DNA from: Octopus vulgaris
Taxonomy: Eukaryota
Direction of reading: 5' to 3'
NCBI GenBank assembly: GCA_951406725.2
Contig: OX597817.1
Span: 32,488,001-32,552,000 of the forward strand
Length of the DNA: 64,000 bases
The translations under genes were made by a program, and so were the position numbers. Each line of letters begins with the position of its first letter. Position 1 is the first letter of the stretch. The notes beneath the pieces were generated by a model, which saw only the letters and a program-made list of their open reading frames with translations, was not told the DNA's origin and ran no database searches. Positions 39,801-52,000 of this stretch are shown here, in pieces.

Positions 39801-40941
39801 GCGCCAGACCCAGTCTGATCTGGCAGTGTTTCTACAGCTGGATGCCCTTCCTAACGCCAATCACTCCGTGAGTGTAGTGGGTGCTTTTTACATGCCACCC
39901 ACACAGGTGCCAGACAGAGCTGGCAAACGGCCACAAACGGATGGTGCTTTTTATGTGCCACCGGCACGGGGGCCAGGCGAGGCTGGCAACGGACACGAAC
40001 GGATGGTGCTTTTTACGTGCCACCGGCACGAGGCCAGTCGGGGCAGCGCTGGCAATCATCATCATCATTATTAATTTTAAAGATTACTACATGTATTTCT
40101 TAACATTTGACATACTTCGGAGGTCAGACAAAATTTACCCTTCATAACCATCACATCAAATATGTATTTTCCTCAAGCGTTGATTTTCAACTTTCAGAGT
40201 TCAAATTTTACTAAACTTATTTGTTCATACTGTCCCACAAAATGTATAACTTATTCTCTTCATTTACAATTTAAACAGCTTTCATATTTTTTCCTTATTT
40301 CAATGTTCATCTCAAACAAAGTTTTACATATTCCTTCCAAAGGATATTTTTCAAATTAACATTTTGAAACTGATACCACTAGACTTTCCTATTTCTACCT
40401 CATAATTGCTCAATAGCTGTGATCTTTTAAATATATGACAGCAGTATTTTTGAGATCAACTATTACTTTTAAAGACCAGCTCAAACAGTAATGCTATGAA
40501 ACCCTGCAAAATATAAATTATTCAAAATTATTATTTTAAAAAATAATGCCTTTATTTTCATTTGTCTTTTTTTTTTTTTCAGGTTTTATTGCACCATGGA
40601 GTGGAAGGTTCTATTCTCTTTGGGATACCGGTTATGCTAAAATCCACATTCCTATTATAGCTTCAGTATCAGAACATCAACCTACAACTTGGGTTTCTTT
40701 TTTCTTTGATCTTCACATTTTGGTCTGTGCGTTCCCTGCTGGAGTTTGGTTCTGCATACGTGATGTCAATGATGAAAGAGTTTTTGGTAAGTTTCCATGT
40801 GATGTGTGACAAACCAGTTTTAAATTCAGTTTAGTGAGTACTTGCAAATTAATGCCATTGATGGTAAGCTATTTTAAAATTGGTTTCAATAGTGCATGCA
40901 TGCCTCCAAATAGAACTGCTTCCCATATATATATATGTATG

Positions 40942-40985
<44 letters not shown>

Positions 40986-43711
40986 TGCACACATATGTAG
41001 TGAATAGATAGGGATAATAAATCCAGGCAGATACTGCTCAAGCACTCTAGTATAATTCAAGTTGTGGCCAACCACATCATATGGTAAGGAATAACATAGG
41101 ACTATGTGAAGTAAACAATCCAAATGTATTTCATCCAATGGGTAAATCCTGGGTTTGCATCATTGGATTATAAACAGTTTGCTGAGTGTATATCCAAGAC
41201 AATTCAAATAACTATGGAGAATAATACATCTACACAGCTTTTAATATTCTAGTCGTTTATACAGTATATTTACATTGTGAGATATCCTTGCAGCAGAAAC
41301 ATATGTTGGACAGAGATTTAAATTAAATATGCTGTATAAATGACTGGATTGATAAAAACTGTGTAGATGTATTATTCTCTTTATTTACTTGAATTATCTT
41401 ATATATACATACATATATATCTATATATCATCATCGTTTAATGTCTGCTTTCCATACTGGCAGGGTTTGAACGGTTTGACATTGAGCTATCCAAACTCCA
41501 GTTGTCTGTTGTTACTTGCTTAGATGCCCTTCCTAATGCCAACCACTTAACAGAATGTGCTGGGTGCTTTTTACATGCCACCAGCTCAGGTGCTTTTACA
41601 CAATGCTGGCACAAGTGCATTTATGTAGCGCCAGCACCTGAAAGGACAAACCCATGTGTGTGGAAGACAGCAATTTTACTTAGTTTGACCCATCTTATCA
41701 AGTACAGCAAATTGCCATAGCATTTTACATCCTTTCCATGCTGGCATGGGTTGGACAGTTTTTCTGAGGCAGTGTTCTACATCAGGATACCCTTTCTATT
41801 GCCAACCAGTTTAGTTGCCTCTTACGACATCTGACTATTTTAATCTAATACTTTTTCAGTGGCATTTAATGAATTTTAATTCAGCTGGGCAGTTAATTGC
41901 AACACCAGTGCATGTTCAGTCATTGTTTCCCCTGTATCAGTAGTGAGAAATTTTGGCTTAATGTACAGATGGCAGTGAATACATGCTACTGGAGAAGCCA
42001 GTGAGGCAGAAATGTGCATCTAGCATTCTTACCGTTAGTGTAATTCTACAGCATCTGTCTATTTGATAACCTCTCACCATTTGAACTCATCTAATGCCTA
42101 CCACTATATCACAAGATATTCTTATTACTCATCCCTCTATCGTTCGTGCCAGTATCACCTATACCTTTATTGCCCATGCCTCTGTCTCTCTCAGTCACTC
42201 TCTTGTTTTAACTCTCACTGTACAGTGCTAGTAGTATGACCTAATATAGATGTGGATCTCTTTTTTCTGTTTGCCATACTGTACCTGACCCTCTCATCAT
42301 CATTGTTGTCGTTTAACATCCACTTTCCATGCTAGCATGGGTTGGACAATTTGACTGAGGACTGGTGAACCAGATGGCTGCACCAGGCTCCAATCTTGAT
42401 TTGGCAGAGTTTCTACAGCTGGATGCCCTTCCTAATGCCAACCATTCCGAGAGTGTAATGAGTGCTTTTACATGCCACCGGCATGAGGGCCAGTCAGGTG
42501 GTACTGGCAGCGGTCACAGAAAACGTGTTTTATTATTTTGTTTTTTCCTTCCTGCCCTCATATTTTGTCACTGTATTCCTCTTGCCAATCTCAAGCCATA
42601 TGCATAAAGGACTTCATCATATCTACATCTGCCCCATACATTTTGTCATTATTTCTTCTATGCTCTCTCACATTCATCCTCAAAACATTTGGTACCAACA
42701 GGTTTCATTCACTCACCATTTATCCATCACTTTTGTTCCCATCTGCCACATCCTCTCACCTGTCCTTGCTCTTCTTCTGTCATTGTTATTTTCTTCTATT
42801 CAGCTTCTCAGTTAAGAAGAATTCTCTTGTGTTAATGCCTTAGTAAAATGCATCCAGTACACTCCATAAAGTTAATATTAGGAAAGACATCAAGCTGTAG
42901 AAATTATATCAAAGCTGAGATGTCTGAGCTAGATAAGGTCCTCCAACTCATCTACAAAGGCTGTAACTCCAACAAAACTGATTCAAATTCTCTTGAACTA
43001 CCCAACCTATGACATCATGGAAAATAGATATACAAATTATTTTATATATTCACATATATGTATACATTCAACAAGTGAGATCTAAAATGTTCAGTAGAGA
43101 AAACACATAGTAGTGCTTAAATGATTTGAACTTAAACTCTGAAGTCTTTATTATATCCCTATATATATATTTATATATGTATTTATATATATATTAAGCC
43201 TAATCATGTTTATCTGTATCACTATCTTCATATGTATGTATATACATACATCATCACATACACATATATATGTGCATGGGAAAGTAATTTTGAGCATTTG
43301 ATTTTTAACATTTTTAATTATTTTTAACACAGAATTTTTAATATCTTGAAGACAGTAAATCAATAAATATAAGTAAGAATGTCATCTCTTCTTCATGGTG
43401 TAGTACAATATAACTAAGGGATTTTTCATTGTCTTTCTCCAGTTGTGTTGTATGCTATAAGTGCAAGTTACTTTGCTGGTGTGATGGTGCGACTGATGTT
43501 GACTCTGACACCAATAGTCTGTGTGTTAGCTGCTATTGCCTTCTCCAAAACATTTGAAGTGTATTCTAAAGATGACAGCCCAAAAACCAAACAGAAGAAT
43601 GAGTCTCAAGAAAACAGAAATGACCGCCTCTATGATAAGGTAACGAACCTCTTTGTAATGATTACTGACAAAACAAAAATGTCCCAAACCATACAGCAGT
43701 GCATTTCAACC

Positions 43712-43742
<31 letters not shown>

Positions 43743-44037
43743 ATTAGAACCTTTTATCAATTCAATAATGAAAAATTAAATTATACCGTTTAGAAAAATT
43801 ACATCTTATAGAAAGATTAAATATAAGATAAAACATATAACAATGATTAAGTAAAGTGCAAAATAATAAATAAAACATATATATAAAATGTATATAAACG
43901 TTTTATTTGTTATTTTGCAATTTACTTAATCATTGTTATATGTTTTATCTTATATTTAATCTTTCTATAAGATGTAATTTTTCTAAATAGTATAATTTAA
44001 TTTTTCATTATTGAATTGATAAAAGGTGGGTTTTTTC

Positions 44038-44088
<51 letters not shown>

Positions 44089-45134
44089 TATATTTTGTAA
44101 AATTTGATTTAGTATTTCTAAATTGAATTTTTCCCTGTAAGTTTGGAATAATATTCCCTCATATTATTATTATTATTACATATATATATAGCTATCACTC
44201 CCTTTCTCTTACTCACACTCTTTCAACTTCGCTTTGCTGCAATTCAACAAAACTAAATACAACACAAATCATCACTACTGATGAGTTGATTACCATTAAA
44301 AGACTAATTGCACATAAACATAAGTCATTTCATCTATATCATATGGAATGATAAAACTTTTCAGCTACTGATATTGGTTTAAAATTTGGGGGGGAGGGGT
44401 AAGTTGATTACATTAGCCCCAGAGTTCAACTGGTACTTATTTTATCAACTCTGAAGGGATGAGAGGCTAAGTCAACTCAGAGCAATAAAAACAGACAAAA
44501 ATACTTCTAAGCATTTTGCCTGCCATGCTAATGACTCTGCCAGCCATGCTAACGACTCTGCCAGCCATGCTAATGATTCTGCCAGTTCACTGCCATAATT
44601 CAACCACTAATATTATTACTAGAATATTCACACTCAGAAAAAAAAAGAAAATATTTTTTGAAAATTAGAACAATTAAAATATGTTTCCTCCCTTTCCCTT
44701 GCTATACTGCTTCCACTTAAAGAAGCACTGCTGTAGAATATGGTTTGCATAGTTTCCTAGACATTTTGCTTATTTTCAGTAAATTATATTGGTATTGTTG
44801 TAATTCATATTGTGATCACAAATTTACTGCTTCAGAATTTATATTTTGAGAAATTTACACACTGGAAATTGTTTCACATAGACATTTTATAATTGTTTTT
44901 ATCTAAATATTTATCTTGTATGTGTGTGTATATCTAGCTGTATATTATCAAAGATATTATGTCCCTTTGGTGGATTTAGCCATAATATAAGTACAGAACA
45001 ATAAAATAAGTATCAAAGTATTGGCAGCCATAAAATTGTCTAAAACTTTTGAAGGTGGCACCCCTCATGGCCACAGCCCAATACCTGAAACCAGTGCAAG
45101 AAAATACATGTTATAGTACGTACACACATGCATG

Positions 45135-45172
<38 letters not shown>

Positions 45173-46008
45173 TCATCATCATCGTTTAGCGTCCGCTTTC
45201 CATGGCTTGGGTTGCACGGTGCAACCAGGGTCTGGGAAGCCAGAAGGCTGCACCAGGCCCAGTCTGATCTGGCAATGTTTCTACGGCTGGATGCCCTTCC
45301 TAACACCAACCACTCCATGAGTGTAGTGGGTGCTTTTTACGTGTCACCGGCACAGGTGCCAGACGAGGCTGGCAAACGGCCACGATCAGATGGTGCTTTT
45401 TATATATATATATGTGTGTGTGTGTGGGTGAGTGTATTTTATCTCTATCAGTACATATTATTTTGACAGGACAGGCATACACACAGAGCAGTCATGATGA
45501 AAAAATAACTTTATTATGGTTATTAACAAAGTAAATTATGTCTTAGAAAATCTATTGAAAATATAAGTGAATTATTTCTGCATCAGTTTTCCTTTTCTTT
45601 CAATGTTTAAGGTTGGTAAAGCCAAGAAGATAAAAGATGACAAGCCCAAGGAACAAGAAAGCCTTGGCATTAATATCAAAAGTATCATAAACATTGCAGT
45701 TGTGATGATGTTAATGCTTTTTGCTGTCCATTGTACTTGGGTTACAAGTAGTGCGTACTCAAGTCCTAGTATTGTACTCGCTTCATTCAACCATGATGGG
45801 TAAGCATACCAGTTTTGTATTATCTGTGTCAGTATTTGTGAAATCAATGCAAGCATAAAAAAATCCATATTGTTAATTCTATAGCATCTATTGTTGGGGA
45901 GGGAGGAAGCTTCAATGCAGTCACTCAAATTGGTTGAAGTAGCAGCTGAATCTCCCTCAAATCACATTTTCTCATCTAGAAGAAAAAATTACAATTTGAA
46001 CAGTGCAG

Positions 46009-46040
<32 letters not shown>

Positions 46041-49000
46041 GAAGGCAGCGAGCTGGCAGACACGTTAGCGCGCCGGGCGAAATGCTTAACAGTATTTCGT
46101 CTGTCGTTATGTTCTGAGTTCAAATTCTGCCGAGGTCGACTTTGCCTTTCATCCTTTCGGGGTCAATAAATAAAGTACCAGTTTCGCACTGGGGTCGATG
46201 TAATCGACTTAATCCCTTTGTCTGTCCTTGTTTGTCCTCTCTATGTTTAGCCCCTTGTGGGTTGTGGTTAGAGCAGTCAATTAGCAGGAGAGGAAGCAGG
46301 AATTGCTGCAGAAGCTTACACTGTGAAAGTGGGAGACTGTTAACTGAATTTGGGCTTTCAGTAGACATGTGAACTGATGGTCAAGCCTGAAAAGTGTGTT
46401 AATTTACATACCATTTAGTCTAAGGGCAGGAGGAGGTTAATATAATAATCTTTCAGTTGTTTGAAAAAATTGAATGGTGAAAATATCTGCAATAAAGAGA
46501 TATGTCCCTATTTATGTTTGCTATTGTAAAAAAAAATTAATGTTGTGTTCATCTCTGCATATGGAAATGTGTTCTCTTTTCACCAGGAGCCGCACTATTT
46601 TAGATGATTTCCGTGAAGCTTATTATTGGCTACGTCAAAATACACATGATAAAGCAAGAATAATGTCTTGGTGGGACTACGGTTATCAGATTGCTGGAAT
46701 GGGAAATCGGACTACATTAGTAGATAATAATACTTGGAACAACAGCCATATAGCATTGGTAAGGTTTTTTTGTTTTTTATTATTTTATGATTATTAATTT
46801 TTTTTTCATTAAATATACATTTCTAATTATATTCTTTTCTAAATACCTAAATTATGTTTTTCTTTTTAATTTTTTTTTATATCTCTGTATTAATTAATGG
46901 TCTGCAGCATTGATTTTCATTTTCATTTTTTATTTGCTAGTTCTATAGTTGACCATGAAAATATAGGCTTACTTTTCACATGTAATATTGTCTTATTTTA
47001 ACCAAAATTAATATAGCCATGATGCCTAGTTGAAAAAAAACCAATATTTTGTTCTGCTATCTTCTGAATACTAAGGCTTATGGGATCATCTTAAACTTTC
47101 ATCTCTCTGGAATCAATGATATAAGTACCAGTTATACATTAGGTTCAGTGTAATGCACTTAACCTTCCTTTTAAACTGTTTGCTTTGTGTCTATGAAATT
47201 GATATTGAAATTACCATTCTATACTATTCTTCCTCACTATTCAGGTTGGCAAAGCTATGTCATCAAATGAGACAGCAGCGTATGACATCATGCGATCTTT
47301 AGATGTTAACTATGTACTTGTGATATTCGGTGGTGTCATAGGTTACTCTGGGGATGACATTAATAAATTTTTATGGATGGTGAGAATTGCTGAAGGAGAA
47401 CACCCAAAAGATATCAGAGTAAGTTTATATGGTTTAACTAATTTATGTAACATTGATCTAACTAATAATAATTTGACCATAACTTTTTTTAAACAGTGAT
47501 TTGGTATTTCTAAAAACAGCTTAAATAGTTATAGATGCAGCACGGAATTTTGTCAGTGAACAGGTCACGATTTCAAAGCGACAAAAATATTTTGACAAAT
47601 TAAATTTAAATGTTAAAGTGAATCTAATAGTTTTTGTGTGTTTTTAAATGGCTTATAGACACCTTCCATGCTGCAATAGCTTAAATAGTGTTCTGTCATC
47701 ATCATCATCATCGTTTAACGTCCATTTTCTATGCTGGCATGGGTTGGACGGTTTGACTGAGGTCTGGAGAACCAGCAGCTGCACCAGGCTCCAATCTGAT
47801 CTGACAAAGTTTCTACAGCTGGATGCCCTTCTTAATGCCAACCACTCTGAGAGTGTAGTGGGTGCTTTTTACGTGCCACTGACACAGGAGCCAGTCAGGC
47901 AGGCCAGGCATAGATCACGTTTGGGTAGTGCTTTTTACATGCCTCCTTCACACGGACCAGTCAGGGGGTACTGGCATCGGCCATGTTCAGTTGGTGCTTT
48001 TTACGTACCACCGGCACAAGAGCCAGTCAGGGGGCACTGGCCACAGCTACAATATTGGTTTTACTTGACTCAACAGGTCTTCACAAGTATATATCGCATG
48101 CTGCATCAAGGGTACTTTTAACTGAGCGAGACATGTATGGCTGCGATCTCACTTTAGTTGCCAAGTCTTCTCAATCCAGCATGTCTCCAAAGGTCTCGGT
48201 CTCCTGTCATTGCCTCTATGAGACCCAATGTTCAAAGGTCATGCTTCACCACCTCATCCCATGTCTTCCTGAGTCTACCTCTTCCACAGTTAGGGAGTGG
48301 CACTTCCTCACGCAACTGTCCTCATTCATACGTAACACATGACCATACCTCTCTTGTACACCACATTTGATGCTGCTTATACCCAACTTTTCTCTCAGGG
48401 TGCTTACACTCTGTCATGTATGCACACTGACATTACACATCCAGCAGAGCATACTAGCTTCATTTCTTTCAAGCCTAAGCATGTCCTCAGTAGTCATGGC
48501 TCATGTTTCACTGCCGTGTAGCATGGCAGTTCGCACACATGCATCATACAGTCTACCTTTCATCCTGAGCGAGAGGCCCTTAGTTACCAGCAAAGTTAGG
48601 AACTCCCTGAACTTTACCCGGGCTATTCATATTCTTGTCACTACACTCTCAGAGCAACCACCCCCACTACAGACTTGGTCACCTAGGTAGCAGAAGCGAT
48701 TAACTAATAGATGCGATAGAATCTGTTTTCTGTACATTTTCAGTGTTTATTGCCCCTGTGCATCTGCCACATACAAAAATCTATTTTCCCGGTTAACTTT
48801 CCTTTGATATTGCTGCACCTTTAATGCGTCCATAGCTTACACTGGGTACATCGTATGGAGTTTCTACCCACGCCTTTTCTACAGATCAAACAGGTCCCTC
48901 AATTGGGTCAACCTTTGGCAGACTCTCCTCCTATTTATTCTTCACATTCAGCAGTCTTTCATAATGGCATCTCCAAGCCTCTTTCTTTGCAGAATCATTA

Positions 49001-52000
49001 AATGCAAGGGCACCATCATCCATGTGGACATATTTCTCTCACACAATGTCTTGCAATCCAAAATACTTCAGTTCTTTGGTCCTCGCATCGCTGAACGTTA
49101 GCAAACTTCTTTTCTTCTACTCCCTTGGCTATATATACCTGTCTCCTAACTTCCCTTTTGGCTATCTGATACATTCTCCCCACTTTTCCAAGCCTGTTTC
49201 TTTTCTTTAATGGCCCTGTCTACAGTATTGTTCCACCATCATGTTACCCTGGAAGGGACTTTGCACCAGTCACAGATTTGGTCTGTGGTACTCAGCAAGC
49301 TGTCTCACAGGAATTCCCAGCTTCCTTCTATGTCACAGGACTGTAGCTCCTCCTCCCTAGCATCAAATTTCTCGGTAAGGGTATCCCTAAATCTCTGACC
49401 ACATGAAGAGTTCTTAAGATTCCAACTCCTTTTCCAGATTCTGTGATTGAAAGAAAAGAAAATGTTTTAATATCTATATCTATATAGGCGCAGGAGTGGC
49501 TGTGTGATAAGTAGCTTGCTAACCAACCACATGGTTCCGGGTTCAGTCCCACTGCGTGGCATCTTGGGCAAGTGTCTACTGCTATAGCCCCAGGCCGACC
49601 AATGCCTTGTGAGTGGATTTGGTAGACGGAAACTGAAAGAAGCCTGTCGTATATATGTATATATATATATATGTATGTGTTTGTGTGTCTGTGTTTGTCC
49701 CCCTAGCATTGCTTGACAACCAATGCTGGTGTGTTTACGTCCCCGTCACTTAGCGGTTCGGCAAAAGAGACCGATAGAATAAGTACTGGGCTTACAAACA
49801 ATGAGTCCTGGGGTCGATTTGCTCGACTAAAAGGCGGTGCTCCAGCATGGCCGCAGTCAAATGACTGAAACAAGTAAAAGAGTAAAAAGAGAGATACTGG
49901 ATATGATTAGATATGAATGAAATTGACAAGTGATTGACACCGTGACCTTCAAGAAAATGAAGTATTAGTGATAAATCATGTAACCATCTTCAGTTTCAAA
50001 ATTTTGTTTGTATTTGTAGTTTAGTGTAAAAGTGATTGGGAATTTCAAGTATAAATGATACTGTAATACAATGCGAGTAGTAGTTATACACTGAATGGAC
50101 AAGGATCTACGTATGATCTGTTGTGTGTCCAGTGTTGACTTAGAAATTGAGTATAAGTTAAAGTGAGTTAGATTCAGAAATATTTACCAGATGCATCATC
50201 ATCGTTCAACGGCAGTTTTCCATGCTAGCATGGGTTGGGCGGTTCGACCAGGGTCTTGGAAGCCAGGAGGCTGCACCAGGCTCCAGTCTGATCTGGCAGT
50301 GTTTCTACAGCTGGATGCTCTTCCTAACGCCAACCATTCCGTGAGTGTAGTGGGTGCTTTTTACGTGCCACCATAGTAGAGATAATCATAAATAGACGAT
50401 GTAAAACCACGCTGTGAGTTAGTCACAGCTGAAATTGGCCAAGGAAGATGTATGATAAACCTGAGCATAACAAGCATTAATGATGAGATGATGCACTTAG
50501 GAAGATGCTGTATAATAAATTTGTCCAACTCCCGCTAGCAAGAGTAGATGAATATTGTTGTGAGATGAGCAAAGCAAAACATTTGGGGAGAAATCTCATT
50601 GATGCTGAAGTATAATGAAACATTTTAATCACTAAATCAGCTTGCATCATTAAGTAAATTACTGCTTTAAGTAATACAAAATTTGTTTTCCTACATAATA
50701 TTTACATATTCTCTTTTGAGGTTTGATTTACCCAGTTATCTTGTTATCTTCATTTCAGTTATCTTGTTTACGTATCTAATGATAAGTTGAAGTCTTTGTT
50801 GACTAATATTGTATAACTTTTGTTTTAGGAATCTGATTATTTCACACCACAAGGAGAGTTTCGAGTTGATGCAGCCGGCTCTTCAACACTTTTGAATTGC
50901 TTAATGTACAAGCTTTCATATTATCGATTTGGCCAACTCCAGGTATGGTAATTCAGAACATGAAATTTACTTATTTAATTTGATGTAGTATATTGAATTT
51001 ATCAATTTGGCTCAGGCATGAATGTGTGGATACAAAGTTTACTGCATTATTACATGATTTCAGGATCTATCCCATTGCACAACATCTTGGACGGGTGATT
51101 TCTATTATAGACTTGGGCTAACCAATGCCTTGTTAGTGAAATTGATAGGCATAAACTGTGTGTGCTTGTGTATAAATATTTACAAATTATATGCTTTCAC
51201 ATGACCAAAACAGTGATATCATGTTTACGTCCCTTGTAAACATTGTCCTATAAGCTTTGCCATTTGTGACAACCAATGAAATTGTTTAAATTCCTTACTT
51301 GAAAAACATAGGAAGCGCCTCTGACTGTAAAATACTGCTTCAATAAGTCGTCTAATCCATGCTAGCATGGAAAAGCAGATATAAAAATGAACAAACGAAT
51401 ACGTTATTTTCAGTAAAATTAATTGCTTACATAATAGAATTATGTACAAATTTGATAGTACATCCTTAGTTACTGTAATCCATTGGTCATATGCATTTTT
51501 GTCAAGTTTGTAAAATCAAATAATACGCCTGTTTGTTGCTCAATTATAGTTTCTACTTGGGCATTCAACCTGCTAGAAATAGCAATTAATCTCCCTCAAA
51601 CCATACCTACTATCTTAAAAAGGAGATATCGGTTTCACAGCTGGAGTATCATTTTAAAGATAGGTCATAACCCATTTTTAATATATATTCCAGGGTTGTT
51701 TCCCCTTGCCTTTTTAAAAAAAAACTGAAAGTACTCATTTAGCTGACTGTTCTTACAACTAATATTTCTAGGCATACTATATCATATATGGTAGTACCTC
51801 ATCAGTATTAAGTTTTCATATAGCGAGCTAATTATTAAAGCTATAGAATTCAATCAGCTATATTACAAATTTATTGCACTGTGCTTGTATTGTTATTATT
51901 AGTGAGATTTTTAGTTGTTTTTTTAATTATATTAAATAAAATAACATTTTCACACAAATAATTTTCTTTAATTACATCACAGCAACATTTTATATGTCTA

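Noticed and set aside
45600-45612. Non-canonical splice site
   Set aside because: The AAG acceptor is weaker but still canonical AG; no U12-type or GC-AG introns were seen
45572-45928. Antisense ORFs over STT3B exons (also 52275..52688)
   Set aside because: Shadow frames of real exons with no independent motifs
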